A stretch of 64,000 bases of DNA from Candidatus Poribacteria bacterium (GTDB lineage: Bacteria; Poribacteria; WGA-4E; WGA-3G), in NCBI GenBank assembly GCA_963663765.2, contig CAXXUA010000013.1:448001-512000 (forward strand). The letters run 5' to 3'. Made by a program: the position numbers and the translations under genes. Shown piece after piece: positions 20,761 to 30,067 of the stretch. Below the pieces are notes generated by a model that was not told where the DNA came from, searched no databases, and worked only from the letters and a program-made list of their open reading frames with translations. The stretch's first letter is position 1, and each line of letters begins with the position of its first letter.

Positions 20761-22290
20761 TTAGAATTCAACCAGTAACTGTGGAACAATTGTTGCGCTT
20801 CGCGTAGACTTTTCAACATTATTCACTTGATAAACGATACGCGCTAATGCTCCCTCTGTGAAATGCCATGTCAATCCGCCACCCAATGTTGACCAAACCT
20901 GTTCATCCTGTTCACGATTGAATGCAAACGAACTATACATCTCTGTATCTGGATTCCACACATCATACTTTAACCGAATATCCAAAGACTCAGTTATAGG
21001 CAACTCTACATGCCAATAGTATCCTTCAACATTTGCATTACGATCTACTGGTGAAAGAGGAATTTGAAGATACTTCAGGAGTTGTGTATCTTGTCCCTGC
21101 ACCCATTCGGCAGCAAGATTGAAACGCCACACCCTAAAATTTGTCGCAATACCAAAACGACGTTTATATACCAAAGTTGATGGGTTGACATCACCATTGA
21201 TTGGATTGAATGGATAACTATTCCCATCAAAATAGGAAGCACCTAACCATATTCGTTTACCGAAAAACGGTACCGTACCGTTCAGATGCAAAAACAAGGG
21301 AGGACTGTTATTTCTAATTGGTTCCAAAATACCACCTCCGCTCCCATGTGGTCCGATACGGATACCAGAGACCACCGTACCATCCGTTACAGTACGAAGT
21401 GAATCCGGACCATCTGCAAGTGAAAACGTATAGGAGATAGGCCCGACAAAACCGTTCAGTTGAAAACCACGATCAGAGATAAAACCGATATTTTTCCGTA
21501 CCAAATTATACAAAGGATTCGCTGCAGCATCTGACTTCGTATCAATACCAAAACCGTGACGGAAACGTCCAATTTTCAAGGATGCACCTTTCGGCAAAAC
21601 TGGCAACCCAGTCAGAATTGCATAAATAAATCCGTGGTCATCCGCGACTTGTGAACCTAATTGTGATGTGGTAAGCAGCTGTTCGCCTAACAGACTCACA
21701 TGGTCGCCAACATTTGTTGTTACCACGAGTTCCGCAACATGGATCATTGTAATTCCAGTATCCCAATTATCCCTATCCGGTATCAGATCTTTTCCGCGAG
21801 TGATTCTACGGATATCCAACGCACCACCAAATATTAAGTCACCAAACGCACCACCGAAAAGGTCGGAACTACCCGTATCCTCAGTCATATCAGGATCATC
21901 AAAGCTAAATACATCCTCACTATCAGTCTCTGATTCGTCATCAGATGTAGAGAGAACCTCTGAAGATTCCACATTTTTAGGTGTGCTGGAAGCATCTCCT
22001 GGATAAGACCGGGCAAGAATTTCTGCGATATTACTAAAACCATCTTTATCAGAATCCTCCTCTGAAATGCGGAGGAAGGTTGACTGATTCATACCATTGT
22101 GTAAAAACGCTCTACCGTAAGGATTAGGAGAATCGCCACCTTTCTTTGACAGATGACAAACATTACAACCTCCTGTCCATTCATATTTAGCTTTGAACAT
22201 TTTGTAGAACGCAGGTAAAGCAAATGCGGACTGACCTGTGATGATAAAAAAACTGCAAACTATAAGACATGAAACAATTTTCTTTCGCAT
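20761..22290 (-). CDS. Monoheme cytochrome c-porin fusion (Cyc2-like architecture)
   Basis: Signal peptide; ALPAF...CNVCH...NPYGRAF..NG; DSDKDG repeat; acidic linker; beta-strand-rich C-terminal region ending in Phe. Confidence 0.7.
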   Translation of the reverse strand: MRKKIVSCLIVCSFFIITGQSAFALPAFYKMFKAKYEWTGGCNVCHLSKKGGDSPNPYGRAFLHNGMNQSTFLRISEEDSDKDGFSNIAEILARSYPGDASSTPKNVESSEVLSTSDDESETDSEDVFSFDDPDMTEDTGSSDLFGGAFGDLIFGGALDIRRITRGKDLIPDRDNWDTGITMIHVAELVVTTNVGDHVSLLGEQLLTTSQLGSQVADDHGFIYAILTGLPVLPKGASLKIGRFRHGFGIDTKSDAAANPLYNLVRKNIGFISDRGFQLNGFVGPISYTFSLADGPDSLRTVTDGTVVSGIRIGPHGSGGGILEPIRNNSPPLFLHLNGTVPFFGKRIWLGASYFDGNSYPFNPINGDVNPSTLVYKRRFGIATNFRVWRFNLAAEWVQGQDTQLLKYLQIPLSPVDRNANVEGYYWHVELPITESLDIRLKYDVWNPDTEMYSSFAFNREQDEQVWSTLGGGLTWHFTEGALARIVYQVNNVEKSTRSATIVPQLLVEF

Positions 22291-22355
22291 GGTAGGTTCC
22301 TTGTTTTGTCAATCAATATGAAAATTGACATCTTTGAACTAATTTACGAACACGG

Positions 22356-23333
22356 TTAATATGACTCAAGGTCTATCTCTTCACCTTTAAATCTAATATG
22401 TGATTGATTGACCATTTTTTCAATCTCTTCCCACTGTTTTCGCGTTTCGTCAGTAATTCCATTCTTACCAATTGCTGCAGCAAAATCTATCATAGACTTG
22501 CTAAACTTTTCCTGAAGTTCAGTATATTCTTCACTTTTATCAGCATTTTTTGGTGGTTCAAAATCGGCGATGAGTTTGGTGTAGGCAGCAAGTTTTTTCG
22601 CAGCTGTGACCGCTTCCGATTGTCCTTCACCTTTCTCAAAGTAATCCAAAATCACGAAATAATCGTCAATCATCAAATTCATGAGTTCTTTTAAGTCTTC
22701 TACCTCAGGTAATTCCACATCGGATTCCTTGGGTTGTGGTTTCTTTTCCTCATCCGATTTCGGTTTTCGTTTGAGGAAGAGTGCATAACTCATAACAAGT
22801 GTCTTTTTCGGTAGAAGTGCCACTGCTACTGATGCATCTTCGTGGTCCTTAACCGCCTCTATATCTTCCCCAACTTTAAAAGCATCATCAATACCTTTAT
22901 CTATGAACTGCTTCAGGAACTTATCAGACGCAATCGCATCCGTTTCCTTATGCTCATAAACAGATACCTTAACCACTTTTCCCTTCATATTGAGTCCAAC
23001 AGAACCTTCAATAGTCCCGTGTGGACCCTTTGCATCAACAAATAAAACCAAGCCAATTGGTTTCTTATCGTGACTAATGGGAATATAGAAAATTGGTTTA
23101 AGGTCCTCTTTAAGAAGTTTCGCACCCAATTCCTTCTCAATGGATGTAATTTTATCTTTTGTAAGAGACACACTTCGCTGAACGAATTTTTTGGCTTTTG
23201 GGAAGATCGCATCCAGTTTCTCCCCTGGATATTCAGTTTCATGTGCATTGACATAAATAGGCGTGATTATCATGGCGGAAAATATAACCAGCAAAATCCC
23301 CATTTGAGTTAGTCGCATTTTTTGAAATAACAT
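22356..23333 (-). CDS. Exported FMN-binding-like domain fused to a cytochrome b562-like helical bundle
   Basis: FLKQF..K...VG.DI.A pattern without SGAT; DLKELM...PPKNADKS...NQSHIRFK resembles b562. Confidence 0.6.
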   Translation of the reverse strand: MLFQKMRLTQMGILLVIFSAMIITPIYVNAHETEYPGEKLDAIFPKAKKFVQRSVSLTKDKITSIEKELGAKLLKEDLKPIFYIPISHDKKPIGLVLFVDAKGPHGTIEGSVGLNMKGKVVKVSVYEHKETDAIASDKFLKQFIDKGIDDAFKVGEDIEAVKDHEDASVAVALLPKKTLVMSYALFLKRKPKSDEEKKPQPKESDVELPEVEDLKELMNLMIDDYFVILDYFEKGEGQSEAVTAAKKLAAYTKLIADFEPPKNADKSEEYTELQEKFSKSMIDFAAAIGKNGITDETRKQWEEIEKMVNQSHIRFKGEEIDLESY

Positions 23334-23401
23334 CTTTAATCTCCTTATATTGATGTGTAGTGCTGCCGACTTGAACAGATGACGACAGCACTGACAAAGC
23401 G

Positions 23402-24412
23402 TTAATCTACCACTTCAACCATGAATGTTGGAAACAGAATCTGATCCTTATGCTTCAACTGACCAATAATTTGATATACACCAACTTTTGGAAATTTTGT
23501 CATAAGCATAATGGAAGGGCCGAATTTCTCTGGTGTAGAACCTTGATGCTGATGTCCTATTGTAGCAGGTTTCTTCATATTATGTCCTGCATGCGGATCT
23601 TTCTTCATCATCTTGGTTTTATCTCCATCCATTGGAACTGTACCATGCGTATGTAGTATACCATCTAAACGGGTACTAACGATAGCAAAATGCATCGGTG
23701 CATCTAAAAATGGCACGAAATCGGTGATCGGTTTACTTTCACGTGAAAAATTATAAGTGATATGAACCATCTCACCTACTTTGATTTTTTCTGGAGCATC
23801 TATTTTCACATAATATGTAGATTTCACATTCTTATCAGCGAGAGAGACAGCTTTTGTAAACCGATCCCCACCTTCTTCAGTATATCCGTTGACCATTTTT
23901 TCTCTACGGAAGTCTTGGGTAATGTCAGACATCTTCTTGTTTCCTACGACATCTACAGATACGTATTTTGAGAATTCAGCATCTTCTGTCATCACATCCA
24001 GAGCCAGAATATATCTACCAGCAACTGGAAAAGTAAAGTGAACTGTATATGTACCATCAAGTTCAGCTAAGATGTCACGTGATTCAAAATCTTCAGGATG
24101 AATATGTCCAAAAACCTGCAGATTCTCACTGACTATTATAACGTGGAGAACTCTATCATGATGAACCATTAAATCAGTAAAAGGTTCACCTTTCTCATCG
24201 GTAAGATCAAACTTCAGCATCGTAGGTTTACCTGCATGAATCATTTCCGGTTCGGTGTGAAGCGTGACATTTAGATTTGTATGTTTTTCTACCTTATGTG
24301 AATCGTCCGTTGAATGTTGTTCAGCAAGTCCTATGTTCACAAGAAACAAGCTAATAACAAAAATTGATACGACACTATGTAAATTGAAAATTCTGAAATT
24401 CCGGGATTGCAT
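23402..24412 (-). CDS. Exported His/Met-rich putative heavy-metal-binding protein
   Basis: Two repeats of H(H)...LH.IIVS..L..F.H.H...FP..G.Y; His/Met-rich loop; GGAGG RBS. Confidence 0.7.
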   Translation of the reverse strand: MQSRNFRIFNLHSVVSIFVISLFLVNIGLAEQHSTDDSHKVEKHTNLNVTLHTEPEMIHAGKPTMLKFDLTDEKGEPFTDLMVHHDRVLHVIIVSENLQVFGHIHPEDFESRDILAELDGTYTVHFTFPVAGRYILALDVMTEDAEFSKYVSVDVVGNKKMSDITQDFRREKMVNGYTEEGGDRFTKAVSLADKNVKSTYYVKIDAPEKIKVGEMVHITYNFSRESKPITDFVPFLDAPMHFAIVSTRLDGILHTHGTVPMDGDKTKMMKKDPHAGHNMKKPATIGHQHQGSTPEKFGPSIMLMTKFPKVGVYQIIGQLKHKDQILFPTFMVEVVD

Positions 24413-24523
24413 TGTGATTCCTCCATATATAAAACCCGTTAACAAATAGGATAATATACATACGTATATCCTACAAAATCATAATATACTTGATAGAATA
24501 TAATCAAATTGATAAAAGACTAC

Positions 24524-24964
24524 TTATGAATGGGTATAAGGAGGACCACGGCGTGAAATGTTACTCTTTGAGATGTAGGAAAACATCTTCATTGGGGTAG
24601 GATTATGAAGTAATTTTCCTTGAGATTGAAGTTGAACAGGATAGGGAGTGACAACAGAATAATAGGACTGCTTTATCGTTTCACGAAAAGTGTCGCTATT
24701 GTCCGTTTTGTTAGATAGAATGAGTTCTAATTCTGTTTCACAGCACTCAGTTTGAGATTGTGATGGTGATTCAGAACTATTCTCTGCATCTGTTTCAGAT
24801 TTATGACAACACGTAGTTCCTGTATCAGCATAATCTGCCAGAATTTCTGTGGATACATTACCACATAATTTCTGTTCAAAAGCAGCACAGAAAAGCGGAC
24901 ATGTGTAATGAAGACACATCAAAGCAACAAGTAATATTGGAACTAGCAAACGTTTACTAAACAT
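24524..24964 (-). CDS. Cys-rich exported leader protein with C-terminal RGPP (DUF2946/CruR/CutF-like)
   Basis: Signal-like N-terminus; CPLFC and two CC pairs; ends SRRGPPYTHS*. Confidence 0.65.
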   Translation of the reverse strand: MFSKRLLVPILLVALMCLHYTCPLFCAAFEQKLCGNVSTEILADYADTGTTCCHKSETDAENSSESPSQSQTECCETELELILSNKTDNSDTFRETIKQSYYSVVTPYPVQLQSQGKLLHNPTPMKMFSYISKSNISRRGPPYTHS

Positions 24965-25175
24965 CGCTAAATTACTCCACTTTTTGAAAAGATACAGAAA
25001 TGGTTTTAACTCACTTGATATATTATACACCATAAATAGAAAAAGTTGCAAATAAATTAGACTTATAACACTTTCATATTATTTGAGGTTTTTTGTCTTA
25101 ATCATGATTAGAATATCTGGTATAATACCATAAAATACTCGATTAAACAATAGAAATTCTGTAAAAGGAATAGCA

Positions 25176-26636
25176 ATGGAACAACGTCCAAATATCCTCT
25201 GGTATTGTACTGACCAACAACGATTTGACACAATCGGCGCATTAGGAAATCCACACATAAACACACCAAGACTTGATGAGTTTGTAGAGCAATCCGTTTC
25301 GTTCACCCATGCCTATTGCCAATCTCCAATATGCACCCCATCACGCGCAAGTTTTATGACCGGCATGTATCCATCCGCTGTAAGTGTAACCGGCAACGGG
25401 AATCCTGTTTTTCCCTCATATTATGAAGATAGGTTAATTTCGCATATACTTGCTAAAAACGGGTACGACTGTGGCTTAATCGGCAAACTGCACCTTGCAA
25501 GTGCCTTTGAAGCACAAGAAGCGCGCGTAAACGATGGGTATCGCTACTTTGCATATAGTCATGACCACGGTAAACCAAAAGCCTTCGGACATGATTACGC
25601 AGATTGGGTGCGCCAGCAAGGTGAAGACCTCGCAAAACTTTTACAGCAACGAGTCGTTGTCCAAAAACCGAAGAAAAAGACTGGACAGTTCCCAGAACCA
25701 ACACCCGAATGTGACAATATCCCACCACATTTACATCAAACCTATTGGTGCACTGAAAAAACAATCGAATTCATAAACAAAAATCGTCGAAAAAATCAAC
25801 CATGGATGCTCAATATAAATCCATTTGACCCACATCCAGGTTTTGATGCACCTTGGGAATATTATAGACGTTACAAGCCTAAAGAACTTCCCGGATGTCA
25901 CTTTCAAAAGAGCGATATTGCATATCAATCTAAATTAACGGATGCGGGAATTGATTTTCAAACGCAAGCAAGACACCCATCTGATTTCAATAATAAGCAA
26001 ATCCAAGCATCATATTACGCAATGATTGAACAAATTGACCACGAATTTGGTCAAATAATTGATCACCTTGATTCTGAAGGACTTCGTGAAAATACCATCG
26101 TGATATTTACTTCAGATCACGGGGAATCGCTTGGAGATCATGGCTTGGTACACAAAGGATGCCGTTTCTACGAAGGATTAACAAGAGTACCATTGATAAT
26201 TTCATGTCCAACACGATTCATGGAAAATGTTCAAAGCAACGCACTCGTAGAACTACTTGACATAGTACCTACATTATACGAAATCTTGAATATAGAAATA
26301 CCTTACTATGTGCAAGGACAATCGCTTGCATCTATACTATGTGGAGACACGCCAATTAATGAACATCGGGAAGCAGTGCGTAGCGAGTTCTTCGGCGCTT
26401 TGTCAACACCCGACCAAACACATGCTACAATGTATCGAAACAGACGTTGGAAACTTGTGGTTTACCATAACAAAGGAATATGTGAACTCTATGATCTTGA
26501 AAATGACCCATGGGAACACAACGACCTTTCCGATCACGTTGATTTTCAAAACATCAAGTGGGAATTGATTCAAAAGAGTTTTGACGCTACTGTCTACGCA
26601 CACCCACAGATGATACCACGAGTTGCTTCGCATTAG
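25176..26636 (+). CDS. Formylglycine-dependent sulfatase
   Basis: PNIL..DQ, CTPSR, GKLHL and SDHG motifs. Confidence 0.95.
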   Translation: MEQRPNILWYCTDQQRFDTIGALGNPHINTPRLDEFVEQSVSFTHAYCQSPICTPSRASFMTGMYPSAVSVTGNGNPVFPSYYEDRLISHILAKNGYDCGLIGKLHLASAFEAQEARVNDGYRYFAYSHDHGKPKAFGHDYADWVRQQGEDLAKLLQQRVVVQKPKKKTGQFPEPTPECDNIPPHLHQTYWCTEKTIEFINKNRRKNQPWMLNINPFDPHPGFDAPWEYYRRYKPKELPGCHFQKSDIAYQSKLTDAGIDFQTQARHPSDFNNKQIQASYYAMIEQIDHEFGQIIDHLDSEGLRENTIVIFTSDHGESLGDHGLVHKGCRFYEGLTRVPLIISCPTRFMENVQSNALVELLDIVPTLYEILNIEIPYYVQGQSLASILCGDTPINEHREAVRSEFFGALSTPDQTHATMYRNRRWKLVVYHNKGICELYDLENDPWEHNDLSDHVDFQNIKWELIQKSFDATVYAHPQMIPRVASH

Positions 26637-26790
26637 TAAAAAACTACTAAACGATATTCTGTCGATGCTCTAATGCGTATCAAAAAAATTGAAAGCAAAT
26701 CTTGTAGTTTTGTGTTATACTGATTAAAAAATAATAGAATGTCCTGAAATGACTTTCTAAACCCAATTCCGTTCAAGGAGTAATACCGTT

Positions 26791-29679
26791 ATGAAAAAAC
26801 CGCTTCTTCTGTTTATCATATCACTACTACTGATTCCAATTTTCTATCAAACCACCGTTTATGCTCAAAGCGAAATGCAATTGAGCCTACCCGATAATGC
26901 AACCGCACGTCTCGGTAAAGGTCGGTTACGTGAACTAACATTCTCACCGGATGGCACTCGACTTGCAGTTGTCAGTAGTATCGGTGTATGGTTGTATGAT
27001 ACCTCATCTAATACGGAAATTTCATTGCTGACCAAAGATAATATTGAAATTTTCTGCACTGCATTTAGTGATGACGGTGCTACAATTGCAGGCGGTAGTG
27101 TTGACGGAACTATATACTTATGGAATACTACCACCGGTACTTTTCAAAGACAACTTACTGGACATACAGATCTGGTTTACAGTATGGCATTTAGTTCGGA
27201 TGGAACTACACTTGCAAGCGGTTCGGCAGATACAACAATACGATTATGGAATTACACAATAGGTGAACAACTGCAAGAACTCACTGGACATTTTGATTAT
27301 GTAACCGCAGTTGCATTCAGTGAATCCGGCGCTACCTTAGCAAGCGCAAGTTTTGACACAACCGTTCAACTATGGGATGTAGCAACAGGAGAACAACAAC
27401 ATATACTTCTTGGTCATAATGACGCAGTATATACTTTAGCATTCAGTCCTGCTGATGGCACACTCGCAAGCAGTGGTGCTGATGGGACTATTCGTTTATG
27501 GTATCCCGCATTCGGTGTCATAAAGCAAACAATTCCTGGGAATGAAATTCCTTTATATAGTATAGCATATAGTCCAAATGGCGCTACAATTTCAAGCGCA
27601 GGCGCGGATGGAACGATTTTGTTGTGGGACACTGTTAACGGACAATCGCAGCAAGCACTTATCGGACATACAAACAGTGTCTTAAGTGTAGATTACAACA
27701 ACACGGGTGGAACTATCGCAAGCGCAAGCTCAGATGGAACCGTACGACTATGGGATGCTGTCTTCGGTGGACAACGCCAAATTATAACAGGTTATTCAAG
27801 TTATATACTCGGTATAGCTTTTAATCACGATGGAAGTATCGTCGCAACCAGCGGATCAAACAGTGAGATAAATTTTTGGAATGCAACCACAGGTATGCAC
27901 CAGCAGCTACTAACAGGACATACAGATTGGGTGTGGAGTGTAGAATTTAATCTTGATGGAACTAAACTCTTAAGTGGGAGTGATGATAGCACACTAAAGT
28001 TATGGGACAGTTCCACAGGAGAGGTGGTGCAGACATTTATCGGACATGCAGATTGGGTGTGGAGTGGCGCATTTAGTCCTGATGGATTAAAAATCGCAAG
28101 TGGAAGTAATGACGGTTCAATCATAGTTTGGGATAGTACATACGGTGACATCATCCATACATTCCCTGGTAATTTCTTCCCAGTCTATAGTGTTACCTTC
28201 AGTCCTGACGGTAACACCATAGCCAGTGGTGGGGCAGATGGAATAATACGACTTTGGGATGTTGCTTCAGGTGAACTTATGCAAACACTTCGTGGGCATA
28301 CAGATTATGTCCGAAGCGTACAATTCAGTCCAAACGGAAAAATACTTGCAAGTGGTAGTGACGACGGCAACGTCCGACTCTGGGATATAGACTTCGGTGT
28401 TGAACTACAAACCTTTGAAGAACACACAGAAATAGTATGGAGTTTAGATTTTAGCGATGATGGAGATTTACTTGCAAGTGGAAGTGGTGATAGTACCGTC
28501 CGGCTTTGGGATACTATTTCTGGAGAAAACATACAAATATTTACCGGACATACAAGCCAAGTTCTTGATGTTGATATTAAACCCATTGGAAATACAATCG
28601 CAAGTAGTAGTACAGATGGAACTGTCTTATTGTGGGATTATACACCACCCACAACAAACTATGCTACTGTCAGTCTTACACCTACCCCAGTGGAATCATC
28701 CGCTATCGGGGAACAACTGACTTTTACACTCGGAATCCAAGACTCAGGTAGTATCATCGGATATCAGGCAACACTTCGATATGACGAATCTGCTCTAACT
28801 TTTGTTGAAACTGCGTCTGGGACATTTCTACCTACGGGGGCTTTTACAATTCCTACCACTTTTGTAGATAATACTATCACAATTGCAGCTGTCTCTTTGT
28901 CGGGGACAAGTACCGGAAATGGCACACTCGCTACTTTGACATTTGAGGTCCTGGCACCTAAAGCATCCTTCATTACCATTTCTAATGTGCGATTAACAGA
29001 TAGAGCTGGCAATGTGTCTTATGCACGTGTACAATCAGGCAGTATTGTTGCACCCATGCTGCAACAAGGCGATCTCAATGGTGACGGCGTCGTTAATATA
29101 CAGGATTTAGCAATAGTCGCTTCAAACTTTGGCACTGAAGGTGAAAACCTCGCAGATGTCAATGGTGATGAAATCGTTGACATCATTGACCTTACTTTAG
29201 TTGCAGCTGCATTCAGTGACTCTTCCCTTGCAGCACCAACATTTAAGAAAAATAATCTTTCTGTAATCCTTTCAAGAACCGATGTACAAAATTGGTTAGA
29301 CGCAGCAAATAAATTAGACATTACCGATCCAACTATGCAGCGTGGTATCTTTGTATTGACGCAACTACTTCAAGCAATGACTCCACAAAAGACTGTCCTG
29401 CTATCCAACTTCCCAAATCCATTCAACCCAGAAACATGGATACCGTATCATCTTGCACAACCTGCTGATGTAACACTTACCATACATTCCGCAGAAGGAC
29501 ATCTGATCCGAACCTTAGCATTAGGACAAAAACCTGCAGGATTATATGAAAATAAAGGGACTGCAGCCTATTGGGATGGTAAAAATAAACTCGGTGAATC
29601 CGTTGCAAGTGGTGTCTACTACTATACACTCACAGCAGGACAATTCACCGCAACACGAAAAATGCTTATCCTAAAGTAA
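26791..29679 (+). CDS. Secreted WD40 protein with cohesin-like, dockerin-like and FlgD-Ig/T9SS-like C-terminal domains
   Basis: About 14 GH...WD repeats; GDLNGDGVVNIQDL; NFPNPFNPETWIPY. Confidence 0.92.
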   Translation: MKKPLLLFIISLLLIPIFYQTTVYAQSEMQLSLPDNATARLGKGRLRELTFSPDGTRLAVVSSIGVWLYDTSSNTEISLLTKDNIEIFCTAFSDDGATIAGGSVDGTIYLWNTTTGTFQRQLTGHTDLVYSMAFSSDGTTLASGSADTTIRLWNYTIGEQLQELTGHFDYVTAVAFSESGATLASASFDTTVQLWDVATGEQQHILLGHNDAVYTLAFSPADGTLASSGADGTIRLWYPAFGVIKQTIPGNEIPLYSIAYSPNGATISSAGADGTILLWDTVNGQSQQALIGHTNSVLSVDYNNTGGTIASASSDGTVRLWDAVFGGQRQIITGYSSYILGIAFNHDGSIVATSGSNSEINFWNATTGMHQQLLTGHTDWVWSVEFNLDGTKLLSGSDDSTLKLWDSSTGEVVQTFIGHADWVWSGAFSPDGLKIASGSNDGSIIVWDSTYGDIIHTFPGNFFPVYSVTFSPDGNTIASGGADGIIRLWDVASGELMQTLRGHTDYVRSVQFSPNGKILASGSDDGNVRLWDIDFGVELQTFEEHTEIVWSLDFSDDGDLLASGSGDSTVRLWDTISGENIQIFTGHTSQVLDVDIKPIGNTIASSSTDGTVLLWDYTPPTTNYATVSLTPTPVESSAIGEQLTFTLGIQDSGSIIGYQATLRYDESALTFVETASGTFLPTGAFTIPTTFVDNTITIAAVSLSGTSTGNGTLATLTFEVLAPKASFITISNVRLTDRAGNVSYARVQSGSIVAPMLQQGDLNGDGVVNIQDLAIVASNFGTEGENLADVNGDEIVDIIDLTLVAAAFSDSSLAAPTFKKNNLSVILSRTDVQNWLDAANKLDITDPTMQRGIFVLTQLLQAMTPQKTVLLSNFPNPFNPETWIPYHLAQPADVTLTIHSAEGHLIRTLALGQKPAGLYENKGTAAYWDGKNKLGESVASGVYYYTLTAGQFTATRKMLILK

Positions 29680-29694
29680 GCTCATTACATACCA

Positions 29695-29727
29695 TAAGGC
29701 AAGGTGTCATCCAGAGACCTTGCCTTA
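29695..29727 (+). terminator. Hairpin after the WD40 gene
   Basis: taaggcaaggt...accttgcctta. Confidence 0.6.
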
Positions 29728-30067
29728 CATACTGTCATTCAACATTCCAACCCTTATATCACATTTTTGTTTTAACATTGACACTATATGCAATTGTCCA
29801 TAATTGTGCATTAGTACGCATCAAAGCACATATCTGTACATCAATCCAATTTCATCACTGTTAATCTGTTGAGTTGTTTGTACCCTCTAATACTGTTCAA
29901 TTTGTGGACAATAATGTTTTTTCTTGGACACTTCAACTAAGTATCAGATAACTCACTTTCCCCATAAACACATAATAAGACAGACTGTACATTAGTATAA
30001 CTATATTGGCATCATATTTGCTCAATGGGTAGTAGTATACTACCGAATCCGACAGGAGCCTACACCT

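Noticed and set aside
29794-29911. Possible structured RNA bounded by ttgtccataa/ttgtggacaa
   Set aside because: Only a short imperfect inverted repeat in AT-rich DNA, with no recognisable riboswitch consensus.
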